Positions 42,925 to 54,989 of a DNA stretch of 64,000 bases are shown here, one piece after another. The first letter of the stretch is position 1. Each line of letters begins with the position of its first letter. The notes below the pieces were generated by a model, which ran no database searches, was not told the origin of the DNA, and saw nothing but the letters and a program-made list of their open reading frames with translations. The position numbers were made by a program, and so were the translations under genes. Source of the stretch: the human T2T-CHM13v2.0 reference genome, Homo sapiens. The stretch is from assembly GCF_009914755.1 (NCBI RefSeq), contig NC_060947.1. One strand, 5' to 3'.

Positions 42925-44559
42925 AATAGTGAGACAATATATTGAGGATACACTCTATTAAAACAGGCTCAGAAATTAAGAGTCTGATCTTAAATAATAT
43001 ACAGTAAGGTCTATTGATTAATTTGCTAGAGCACACACATCATAATTCATCTAATCAGGCTCCTCCAACACCCAGTTGTCTTTGACGGGTTCCTTGGTAA
43101 AACCAAGGGATTCTATCACCAAGACGTTCCAGAAGACAATGTTACTTTATCACTCATTTGCCTGTGGTTCCATTTATAGGCTGGGGGTGGTTCTCTCTAA
43201 CTCAGAATTTTTAAACTCAGAAGGATTAAATGAAAGGCTTATCTGCCTGAGGGGTACCTGTAGAAGAGGTCCTTCTAAGTAACTTAACTTGAACGGCCAT
43301 TTTGCTCTTGGGAATCCAGAACACTCTTCACTTTACTCTCATTTTGCTGCATCATCAAATCTTAATAGCAAATACTTAGGCCTGTATTTCCCTATTGTAC
43401 TTACCTCCAAACTATCATCAAATTTCATGAACCTGAAGCAGAAGACCAGAGGTCTAGTCCAAGCTCTGCCACTTACTAGCTCACTTAACAAGTTGACCTT
43501 GACCAACTCATTGACATGCTCTTGGACTTGGCCTCCTCACCTAAGGTGTGTTCCTTCTTAATGTTATATTCCATGATTCTGTGATTTTTTTTGAGATATT
43601 TGACCAGCTACTGACACTTTGTATCTTGCTACTAATCGTAACTTATATATTATCAGTTAATTAGTCAATCCATTCTACAAGCCATTATCAACCCCCAATG
43701 GTGGTCTCCAATCCTGTGATACATACATATATAATATGGTTTCAAGGGGGTGTGTACAGAAAAAGATACTTATAAAGCAATTCATGAACAACACAGAACA
43801 ACATCAAATTGAGTGCTACACTGTATACTCTGAATACTTTAAGAATTGTGGAAAGGTTGCACTCCAGAAAAGTAGAGTTTTCAGAGAAAGCTTGCTAGAG
43901 AAGCTAGCCTTGAAAGATAGATAAGTTGTGGGTTGCAAGAGAGAAGGGAGATGGGGCTTTGGAGAGGAGAAAAGAGAACAAACAAACAGCAGGGCCAGGA
44001 AGGAACACTGTGTGTTCAGGTAGAGCCCTGTCTGACTGAGATACAAAATAGCTTGAATATTCTAATTCATAATTTGCCAAATTTTAATAAATTTCATTTT
44101 GTCCAAACAGTATACATGTACTGTATACAGCGTAATCTAGTGCATATCAATTTCGTTTTCAGAACTGAACTTTGTAAGTCAGGCAACTTCTCTCCTGAAA
44201 CATTTTAAAAACGAAATATTGGTTCCACCAACAGTGTACCTCTCATTTATTCAAAAGCAGAAGACACAATTAATGAATTTTATCCTCATCTAGTGTGACC
44301 CTTCTCTGCTCATTAGCTCTCTACTAGAAGAACGGGAGGAAAAGACCATCTATCTATTTCTTACCCTTGCATCTTTTCTCTAATCATCTAACTAAATAGT
44401 TTGGACAAGTCTATGGTCTTGGAGTCAAAGAAAGCTTTCTGACTCATGTAACTTTATATTTTTCACCTGCAGCCATTTAGCTGGTGGGACTAATCCGCTC
44501 TGCTTAAGAAGTACTTCCCATAAACTTTTACACTAATTTACCCCTTGAAAAGCCTTCTT

Positions 44560-46015
44560 ACATTACTGTACTAGGATCCTGTTCCAAAATTTTCAATGGC
44601 TTTCTATTGCCCATATTGAAAAAAGCAGTCTATTCTTCAAGATTTGGCATGAGTATGCCTCAACCAACTAACAAACCCATTCTCCCTATGCTACCCAATG
44701 AGAACCTCCCATTGTAGGAAGCTCCCATTTTCCACTGCTGCCTAAATGCACCAGAACCATGCCTGCCTCAGCAATCGTACTTTTACTACTACCTGGAATT
44801 CTCTCCTTTATCTTGATATGGTAATCATGTCCATTCTTCCAATTTTCAAAACCCGCCTCAAACTCTACCTCCCCAAGGTAGCCTTCCTTGACCACTCTAG
44901 CTCACAATTATTCATTAATGCAATAGATGCTAAGGCTACAATAAAAACCACATAGATATAGTTAGATATGGTTCCTGCTTTATAAACCTACATTCTAATG
45001 ATGGAGATAGACAAAAACCAAGTAAATTAACAAAAAAACAATTGCACATTTAAATAAGGTGCTATGAAGGAAAAAAATAGACAGATAATAATGGATAGGG
45101 CTTAATTTCCAAAGGATGTTCAGTGATGGCCTCATTGAGAAGGGGCATTTAAGCTGAGAACTAAAGGACTGGAAGGAGGCAGCATGTGAAGAGTAGAGGG
45201 AAATAGTTTCAAGCAGTAGAAATAGCAAGTGCAAAGGTCATGTCGTATGGTTGAGGAACTGAAAGAAGTCCAGTGTGGCTAAAGGATAACAAGTAGGTAG
45301 AAAGTGGCCTGAGAGCAGACTGTAGAGGTAGACAAGAGCCAGATCATAGCCATAGAGTATAAACAGAAGCCATGCTGAGGAGTATGAATTTTATTCTAAT
45401 TGCAGTGGGAAGTCATTGGAGGATTCTGAGCAGGGAAGTCACATGATCTACATTTCTGTAGAGAATGGAGTGTGGTGCAAGTAAAAAAGAAGGGAAACCA
45501 ATTGAAAGTCCATTGTGGTCATCCAGATGAGAAGTGATGGCAGCTTTGGACTAAGCTGGAGATGGAGAAAAAGAGGTGGAGTTGAAGTATACTTTGGAGA
45601 CAGAATTGACAGAACTTGGGGACAGATTGACTGTGGGATGTGAAGGAGAGGAAGGATTCATGGATGATTACTATGTGTTTGGCTTGAGAGATTGGGTAAG
45701 ATGGTAAGATGGTGATGCCATTTACTGAGGTGACTGGACAGGAGGAGACTTAGTTTTGAGGAGCAGAGATCTTGCCTACCTCTAAACACCCACAGAACCC
45801 TTCTGTCCGTGTCATTCATCTGGCATTGAATATAACTGCCTTCTGCTGTTATTTCACTGGCTATGATCTATACTATACCTTCCCAAGCATTTCTCTCCAG
45901 TGTGATAATAAACAACTGGCTAGCCCCTAGATTTATACTTTGTGCCTCCCCTAGTACATAGCACATGCCTGTGTGCCTACTTAGTGTTTTCCAACCTCCT
46001 TTAGTGATTCATCAA
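44560..46015. mobile_element. Nested L2s: antisense L2 (about 44945-45760) within a sense L2 (about 44560-44900 and 45780-46015)
   Basis: Sense acctggaattctct...ccccaaggtagccttccttgaccactc; antisense ggcctcattgagaaggggcatttaagctgaga...gggaagtcattggaggattctgagcaggg...gatgccatttactgagg. Confidence 0.7.
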
Positions 46016-46049
46016 CAATAAGCCTATGTCTGTTTTTCAACACTGGACT

Positions 46050-46206
46050 GAAAGAAAGAGAGAAAGAAAGAAAGAAAAATAAAGAAGGAAGGAAGGGTGG
46101 GTATGGGTAGGAGGGAGAATGGGAAGGGAAGAAAGAAGATAGGAAGGGAAGAGAAAGAAGAGAAGGAAGGAAGGAAGGAAGGGAGGAAGGGAGGGAGGGA
46201 GGGAAA
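46050..46206. repeat. GA-rich low-complexity tract (GAAA/GGAA/GGGA)
   Basis: Directly visible polypurine tract. Confidence 0.9.
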
Positions 46207-48090
46207 GCAGGCCCAATTCATAAATCATACCAATCACTTGGTACAGTTGTTTAAAATATTCAGTATTCTGTATTTTCTTGTTTTGTGCAATGATCATCTC
46301 TTGCTTTAGTAATAAAAATTACAGGGAGAAATTACAATAGAAAATATAATTTTACAATATTTTAAATTATATAAGAGAGATAGAAGAGAAAGAGAAACAG
46401 AAGAGAACACCTATAATTACATTCATAAGCTAAATATACAAATGATGTGACTCTACTGTATAAGGGCAGGGATGAGTGGGGAGCTGAGAAATGGGTTAAA
46501 TGTTTGAGATCATTTAAAAGAATTGTAGCACAACCAGGGTAAAGTTTTCTCTGAAATTATGAAACATTGAGTGGAATTCAGGGCTTTGTTGACTCTGCTT
46601 CTATTTCTGTCTGCAGACGAAAGTCTGATTTGGGGTTTGCAGTTTGTCAGTTTCTAAAATCCTACCTTGATTCATTAATACAAAGTTGAAAATTACTTTC
46701 TTGGTGCTATATACATAAAAGAACAGTTTTTGAAAAAATTATGAGGTTAAGTGTGTTGTCTGCCCTATCGGTACCCTCTCCTATTAACACCCTCTTTCCT
46801 TACTATGGCATTATGTTTACACCTGCCCTCCCTGGCAGGAGCAAAACCTTAACATCTCTGTCTCAACCTGCTTCTACACCTTCATAAAAACTTCCCTGTC
46901 CTGCATTTTCTTCCCACTGATTAATAGTCTTTCTCTGCTAGTGACAACAGCTCAGCTGACCAATTTATTCATGCTAATTTATCTATGACTATTAACAACT
47001 TGATGGGTTAGTGCATCCAGGGAAGAAGAAATTTCTATTCAGGCAAAGGCCTTCTGTGAATACAGAACCATAATCCAAGGTGTAGCTTTTTAATTCTGGG
47101 ATTCCAGGCACCATGAGTCCAGTTTGTGAGGTCCTTTGCCCACATGCCTTCCTATATAGAAAGTCCTAAAACCATGCCAGGGAGGTGGCCATCTCTTCCA
47201 GTTATTAGACTTATCTTTTGGGTGCAAGTGACCTAGTTCTCTGTGGTGCTAACATTTCCCCCAGAACAGCAACATACTTGAGAACTGCAGCCAGACTCTC
47301 GTGCACCTGACAACTCTCCTTGGCTTCAATGGGCACAGCCCACAGAGATGAAAGAATCCGGCCCAGCTGTGGCTCTCAGCTTAGATAATGAGATAATAGC
47401 TCTGGGTGCCCTTTGAGGCAACTAGTCCCTACCTTCTTGCCAGTGTTCAATAAACTCCTGCTGTCTCCCATTCTCAACCTGAAACTCCCTACTCAGTTCC
47501 CAAGTAACTCTCTGGAAGTCAACAGCCTTCTAACAGATCTTTCTATTTCCTCTCGAAGGTTGTGACAGGAACATAGGCAGTTGTAACAATTATCCTATCA
47601 GTCAACAAGCAATTATTAAGCTTTCTCCAGTGTTAGCTTGTGCTAGGCCACTGGTGGGGTTTAAAAGAAGCAGAATTAGATCTCAGCTCTGAGAAGTTGA
47701 CAATACTGTTGCTGAAAGAGTGACTTATCTAAGAGGCCTGAAAAAAATAATTTTTAATACAACTGTTTCCAGATCCACCAATGAAATATGCATTCATTAG
47801 AGCAAGAACCCTGTGAAAAGATTAAAGAGTTGTCAGATAGCTAGGAAGGTGGGAAAATGTTGGAAGGTCCTAAAGGGCTTAAGAGGTAAAGGGATTCCCC
47901 AAGAAAAGGAGAAAAGGGCCTGTCCTCAGAGGATTATGAATGTTTCAACTGGCTAGATTTGAACTCTACTGAGAGACAAGCAAAGTTTCAGCCTCACACT
48001 TTTCTGCATGTTGTCATTCTCCACCTACTTACATAGCCTAGCCTCATCCCATTCACCCAGTTCTACTTTCCCAAATAAAGCACAAAATAC

Positions 48091-48226
48091 CTCTCTCTCT
48101 CTCCCTCTTTCTCTATCTTCCTTCTCTTTCTTCGCCTCCTTTCCTCCTTTCTCCTCTCCACTCCTTACGCCCTTTTCTTCCTCTCTACACACACACTCAT
48201 GCGCGCGCGCACACACACACACACAC
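48091..48226. repeat. CT-rich tract followed by (CA)n-(GC)5-(AC)8
   Basis: Directly visible. Confidence 0.9.
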
Positions 48227-48289
48227 CTCAATACCAATCAATGACACATGTCAACAAATCTGTTATTGTTATCATTTTATTCTTATTGT

Positions 48290-48525
48290 GATAAGAGCAA
48301 CTGCCATTTCTTAAGCACTTATTATGCACTAGGCCCTGAGCTTATGGATTATCTCATTTAATCTTTGTAACATCCCTGCATCTTTACAACTGAGGAAACC
48401 AAAGCATGGAAAGGTTAAATGATAGTTCCTAGGGTCACACAGCTACAAAGTAATAAAACCAGATTTCAACCTGGGTCTGCCACGTTCCACAGTCTATGTA
48501 CTGTTCTCTGACTGACATACTGCCT
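48290..48525 (-). mobile_element. MIR SINE
   Basis: ttatctcatttaatc...tttacaactgaggaaacc...agggtcacacagcta...tttcaacctgggtctg. Confidence 0.85.
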
Positions 48526-49087
48526 CCTACATTCTTAACAGTTGAACACAACTATTACCTCTTCCTTTAGTCTTCCCTTCAGCCATTCTTCAAAGACCAG
48601 GTACTTAGACCCTCCCTATCCTGGTTGTCTTCCCGTGGATGCAATCCAATTGCCAATTTCCTTCTTAAGGCATGGTATCCACAAATGAATGTAATATCTT
48701 GTTGTCTCAGGGTACCAGGAATCCAGACAGGCAAGAGGTCAAAAATCCAGGTTAAGAGGTAAATGAGTTGCAAAGGTGAAGGCAGAGAGACAGCAGAGTT
48801 CTAAATGCAGGCAGAAGGTAACTGCTGTGATGCATACTAACGGAGGGTTGTGCTGAGGCCCTGATTCTGAGGGAAGGGAACTCATCTATTCTTCTCTGGG
48901 TCAGAGACTTTCCTGAACACAGAAAGAAAAATCTGCAGGTTGTCATTGGTAAGGGGCTATATTTCTGGTTGGAGGAGCCTATTCTGGTTCAGGATAGGCC
49001 ACTATCATGAACTTCTTTAAAGTTCCAGCTAAGTACCATGACTGCTTGGCCAAAACTGTTAAGACAGTAGCAGGGTATCTCAATTAT

Positions 49088-49089
49088 GA

Positions 49090-49160
<71 letters not shown>

Positions 49161-49277
49161 GAAGGAAGGAAGGAAGGAAGGAAGGAAGGAAGGAAGGAAG
49201 GAAGGAAGGAAGGAAGGAAGGAAAGAAAGAAAGAAAGGAAGGAAGGAAGGAAAGAAAGAAAGAAAGAAAGAAAAAAA
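49088..49277. repeat. Compound tetranucleotide microsatellite (GAAA)18(GGAA)16 ... (GGAA)4(GAAA)n
   Basis: Counted from the sequence: GAAA 49088-49159, GGAA 49160-49223, second GGAA block 49237-49252. Confidence 0.97.
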
Positions 49278-51017
49278 GGACAGACTATCATGGATTCTTT
49301 TTCTTCTTCACTTTAAGAACTGATTAAAAGACGTACGAAGGAAACAGATGGCTCCAATTCTGATTGTGTCCATTTGCCTTCTGGGAAAAGTGAAGTCAAG
49401 AGAGTTTTTATTGAAATTCAAGCTACTTTTTACATCTGAATAAATTAGGAAGGCCCAGCGAGTACATTATCGTGTGAGAGACGGATACTAAATTCCCCTG
49501 TTTGAGCAGCAATAATCAGGGTTGACAGTACCTGAGACATTTGGTAGTTTCCACAGCCTGCCTAATCTATTGTGATGAGTCTTCAACTATGAGAGCATCT
49601 TGAGAGCCCGCACAATAATAATAGTGAATGACTATTTGGACTGGATTGTGAATAAAAGACTGTACATTTGTCTGTAATGAGAATTTCATCGAAAATGAAA
49701 ATACCAGAGCTGTCATATTTTTTAATACTTCGATTTGCACATCCTTGACTGCTTTGGGGCATAAGAAGAGAAAGTGCCGAGCAATTTGTTGTCAGCTCTT
49801 GAAATAAATTATCATTTAAACACTTACTCTCCACAAAGGTTATTAGCTTAGTAGCTCGTTCCTGGGGTTGGACCATCAGTAGGGGAAAAAATTCAAAAGA
49901 CATTAAACTACCCTTTCAGAAGCTGAATATTAGTTACTGTGGAAATTGTTCTCTCGGTAGCTTAACATATTTTTCTGTAGCTCTCCAATGCTGCAGATTA
50001 GGCTGCAGCAACTATTAATAAATACTGTCATATTTTACAGCTGTCATGCAAAGCTGAAAAAAGGCTTCACTGTGATTAGATCCTGTTTACTGTAATATTT
50101 CCAGCTCAGACTCAGAAAGGCAGTTTTCCTATAAAGGTATTTTCCATAAGTAGAATATTTCTCCAGAAAATGACGATTAATTTTAATGTATTTTTAACTC
50201 CTTGGTGGCAGTGAATTTGAGGTTGAATTGACTTCACAGCCAGAGACATTCCTCTCTAGAGACAAATTAAGCTAAAATGTCAAAATTTCTCTCTTGGGTT
50301 GTCCTTCATATGCGGAAATGGTGCTACTGTCAGGAGATGTGCATTGAGTAGCCCCCCACCCCTATAGAAGGACAAATCTGCACTGGTTTATCCAACTTCT
50401 TTTACCCTGTCCCTCTTGTGACCAATTGCATTGTTTGCAAGACAGCTGGTAAGGATGTTGGGTAGGAATATCACTTCAGTAGGCTAGCTAAAAATTCTGC
50501 TTCCTGAGCTAAAATGTCATCATACGAGCTAAAGAAACAGATCTCTAGCCCCCCTACAATGCATTAGCTGTTTGAAATGGTATTCACATCTCTGAAAAAA
50601 AAGGAGGTGACAGCTGGCAGGGTTGCTTTTGCTCTGACCTTCTATTGCTTTTTATCAAGCTCCTTGAGGGAATTAACCCTCACTAAGCTGAATATCTAGT
50701 TTTTAATGAATAGGTAGTTAATTAACCCATTAAGGGTTATCTGGAGTAGTCTATAAATTCAGGGTTTGGGCCTGAAACATCCTTGAAAAGGTTCTTCCAA
50801 ATGTTCCTTGGGGCAGGGATGGACAGCGGTATAGACCTGCAACTGTGACTTTGAGGTTTGTCCCTTGAAGCCCTTTAGACAACAATTAAAGCCAAGGCAG
50901 GGTCGTTGTGAGAGTTTAACAAGATAATGCCTCTAAAGCCTTTATCATCAAGCTGAACACAGTAACACCCCATGCTCAATGACTTTTAGCTCTTATTATT
51001 TTATTACCATTATGGAA

Positions 51018-51205
51018 CAGTGGTCCTCAATAGAGAGTGAGGGTAATTTTCCCCCCTCAGAGGACATTTGGCAATGTCTAGGGACATTTTAGTAGTGGGT
51101 AGAGGCCAGGAATGCTGGTACACATCCTACAATGCACAGGACAGTATCCTTCTCCACGCTCTCAACAAAAAAATTATCCAGCCCAAGATGTCAACAGTGC
51201 CAAGG
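51018..51205 (+). mobile_element. MER20, internally deleted
   Basis: cagtggtcctcaa...ggacatttggcaatgtcta...gggtagaggccagg...catcctacaatgcacaggacag...atgtcaacagtgccaagg. Confidence 0.85.
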
Positions 51206-52589
51206 AAGCAGCAGGCCAAATAAATGGTTGCAGAAACTCCTTAAGGGGTTGGCAGTGAACCAATCTAGCATTTATTGAGTGTCTCTTACTATGCCTAGAT
51301 CAGTAATAACAGCTCTGTTCAATAAGTAGAGCCTTTGATTCTGAAGAGCTTACATCTTGGCCAGAGAGACATATTAAGATTAATGCACAGAAGCAAATAT
51401 TAGTGCAAAACAGCATAAAGCAAGAGCTAGATTGTGTGGTATGGATGTGAAGTACCGTGGGAGTCCAAAGAAGAGAAATTTCATGATAGGCAGGCTGGAC
51501 TAGCCAGGGAAGGCTTAATGGAAGAAGTTATAAACGTTTCTGAGGCCACCACAGAACTGCCTCCCCTAGCAATGACCTTGCCTTGATTACTAAGGCCAAG
51601 TTGGTATCTAGAACCAAAACAACATGGCATTCCCATCAATGCTCCCAAACGTCACAGCTCAAGGCAAGAAATACAATTAAAAGAAAAACCAAAAAAGGAA
51701 CAATGTTCCTTTTACTAAATGGAAAGCAATTACAGGGCTGTTGAAAATAGGCAGTAAACAAAGGGAGGGAGGGAAATACTGGCAAAATCCCATTTTCTCA
51801 ACTAATCCTGTAGCAAAAGTGCAATTTGCAACAAAATCAACAGTGCTCTTTCCCTCTCTCTTGCAGTCAAACACACTGTCTGGCATCAGTATGGCTACAC
51901 ATGATGCCTTAGCCAAAAAGTGCATGCAAGCAAGGAGGACAGAATATGAATTGGAGAGGAGAGCAGAGGTTAAGGTGGAGCACAGCTCACTTCACCTCCA
52001 ACTGAAGTCTCTGTAGAGCATTCCCATTCAGAGGAAAGAGGGGGCACACATAGAGACTACTTCACTCCCTGTCTTCCTGGATCCTTTCCAATCAATAGGT
52101 TGCCAGTGTCGGCTGCTGTCCTGCTTTGTCGACTCCACAAACGATCTGATTAATTCTCTGGTGCTAACTGCCTCAGCAGGCTTTCTCAGCAGTAGAACAG
52201 AGGCTAATTAAGATCATGTCAGGCGAGGAGGCTGACAGGTTATGTTCCTGGGCTACACTGAACTTTTAGAGGGTGCTTCAACTTCACTGCAGGCAGGCAG
52301 TGCTTGGCTAGGCGCTGATTCCATAGCAGGCTTCCCATTTATTTCCACGGGTTCCTGTGTCAATGGGTCTCCGTTTTGTTAACGATTTACATCCTCCTCC
52401 TGGGGATAAATAGTTGCTACTGTGTTGCTTTCAATTGCATTACTTGGGCTCTCTTTCATTTAAATTTTTAATATGCTTGTAAACAAAGATAACAATTAAT
52501 AGTGAGGTCGTTTTCCATCCTAAATCACATGTGTGTCTGAGACTGTGTATATGCTTTTGCATCTTATCAACATAAAGCCCACAGAGGTG

Positions 52590-52760
52590 AATTTAGGACA
52601 AATAAAGGAAACTCTACTTCTCACAGCAGGTAGAAAATGGAGGAGACATATGGAACTCATTACACCAAGTGGTGGATTAGACTGAAGATATAAATAGCTT
52701 TCCCCTCCCCCTAAATAAAGGCTTAGATGAATTCATGGATGACAGACCCATAGTGAGCTA
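52590..52760 (+). mobile_element. Ancient CR1-class fragment (CR1_Mam/Plat_L3-like ORF2 end)
   Basis: aggacaaataaagg...tacttctcacagcaggtag...atggaactcattacaccaagtggtgg...ggcttagatgaattcatggatgacag; reads WNSL-QVV and GLDEFMDD, typical of the CR1 ORF2 C-terminus. Confidence 0.7.
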
Positions 52761-53000
52761 TTAAGGGAAACAGAGATGTTTGGAAACTGAGGTTGGCACA
52801 AATCACCAAGTAGATTTTTGAATCCATATTTACCTTCTCATAGGCAAATGGCCACACAGAGTACTGGCACTCTATCCTCTGTGTTTTAAAATAAAATCTT
52901 AAGAATCCACCAAGCATCTAGGAGACAGGAGGAATGCTCAGAAATAGAGGAAACTTCTCCAGGAGCATTCTGTCTGGTTTCATATAGAGTCTCTAACCAC

Positions 53001-53545
53001 TGTCAAAGATAAACAAAGCTGGACATTTGTTAAAGAGCTAAAGACTGATTTTAATCAGTAATATACTATTGCAGTAGGGAAAAGCGTTCAGCATAAACTG
53101 AACTCACCTTCAATCTGTACAGAGGTGGCTGGGCATTTTGAAGGGAAAATGAGGGAAAGGGGAGGGAGATGAAAGGGGGCCCAATAGAGTCAGGAAAGTG
53201 AAAAGTTACAAAAAGCAGGAAAGGGGAGGTTTGGCCTATGTGAAACTCATCTGAGTTTGTCAACTGGCACTTACTGAAGTTAGGCTCCCACCCTTCCATG
53301 GAGACTGGCAGACAGGAGAACTATATTGAGGTGTTGGGTGAAACAAACAATAAATTATTTTGGCAGCCTTGAGTCTTCTCAGGCAGCCACTTTAAGGAAG
53401 ACTAGAATCTTCCTAGAGATGTTGTCTTGGGCTATTAGAAACTATGTTAGTGTTTTGTTCTAGTCTTTATAGGCCAAGGTTGGGACGGGGTGGAGAAGAG
53501 GGCTCAGAGGAGCATGGTGAGAATTTGGTCAAAGAATCTTTGTCA
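53001..53545 (-). mobile_element. ERV1-class solo LTR, MER67-like
   Basis: TG...CA termini with 9/10 inverted ends (TGTCAAAGAT / ATCTTTGTCA); exact 4-bp TSD CCAC at 52997-53000 and 53546-53549; minus strand starts TGACAAAGATTC...GACCAAA...CTCCTCTGAGCCCTCTTCTC; ATTAAA near the minus-strand 3' end. Confidence 0.85.
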
Positions 53546-53950
53546 CCACATGTCAAGAACACTCTGTTATGAGAGGTGAATAGTCCCGTTAAGGGTGTTG
53601 AAGAAAAGCATCATCAACTCAGAACCTCAGTTCCAGGCCCCCAACTCTGCCACTAAGTAGCTGTGTAATCCTGGGCAAGTCACAATAGCTTTTCTGGTCC
53701 TCAGATTCCACATCTGTAAAATGACAGAGTGGACTCCATCATTCTGCAACTAACAATTCCTGAGTGCAGGAATTTTGTGTCAGGGAAGTTACAGGAGTTA
53801 TGGAAGTGAATGAAACAGAGTGCCTCCCCTTAATAAGCTCACAGTTTAGAAGGGCAGCATGGACATATAAAAAAATAAATACGTAAATACAATCTAGAGT
53901 GATTCCTTTTGATTCTAAAATTCTGTGGGCTATTACAACACTTCCATTTA

Positions 53951-54393
53951 CAATTGACCCTTAAATAACATGGGAGTAGGGGGTTTACCCACCTGTACAG
54001 TTGAAAATCCACATATAACTTTGGACTCTCTCAAAACTTAACTACTAATAGCCTACTATTATCTGGAAGCCTTACCAGATAACATAAATGATTCATTAAC
54101 ACGTATTTTATATGCTATATCTATTATATACTGTATTCTTACAATAAAGTGAGCTAGAGAAAAGAAAATGTCATTAAGAAAATCATAAAGAAGAGAAAAT
54201 ATATTTACTATTCTTTAAGTGGAAGTTGATCATCATAAAGGTCTTCATCCTCATTGTTTTCATATTAAGTAGGCTGAAGAGGAAGAGGAAGAGGAGAAGT
54301 TGGTCTTGCTTTCTCAGGTGTGGCAGAGGCAGAGAAAAATCCGTGTATAAGTGGATTCATGCAGTCAAACCTTTATGGTTCAAGGGTCACCTG
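53951..54393. mobile_element. Tigger2a-like (TcMar-Tigger) non-autonomous element, full length
   Basis: TIRs CAATTGACCCTTAAA / TTCAAGGGTCACCTG; TA TSDs at 53949-53950 and 54394-54395; internal aaaacttaactactaatagcctact and aagaaaatcataaagaagagaaaatatatttac. Confidence 0.92.
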
Positions 54394-54989
54394 TATAATG
54401 AAACTAGAACTTATTTTCAAATGAAGTTTGAAATTAACTCTTAAGGAGAGTTATGGAGACACAAATAACCAGCCACATTGGCTTTGGAAATTGGCCAGAG
54501 GCCTTAAGTGCACTCACATGTTTCCCTTCGTGTTCATTTCTGAGCCCTGAACCCTTTCAGGACCCTGATAGATAGGCGGCAAAAGGAAACAATGCCTAGA
54601 TAGTAGATTAGGATATCCCAGTAGATCTTAAAACCCTTCCTGGTAGATCTCCAAGCCAGGGGCTGACACAACACACTTCTAGCAAGTTTTCTTCTAACAA
54701 GGTTTGTCAGTATTCTCAACAGTGGCCTCTCCTCCACTTAAGGCCTTTACTGCCATCACTCTTCGAGGTCTTAAAACACAGACCTACATAACCATTTGCA
54801 ATTTCCAGGATTCCTTAAAATAAAAGGAGTATTTCTTCTCAAAAATGATATGAATTTCTAGGATAAAAGATAAAGCAGTTTTGCTTCTTGAATATTTTTG
54901 TAATGATTCAAAACCCTTCTCTATGCAAAACAGTTGCAATTTCACATGGGCTTTCCAGAGGCCCCAACCTCTCTTTCCAGTTCTGGATC

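Noticed and set aside
48989-49327. KERK/KEGR- and FLSF-repeat ORFs (also 46024-46309 and 48008-48244)
   Set aside because: These are translations of microsatellite or low-complexity DNA that lacks stop codons by composition.
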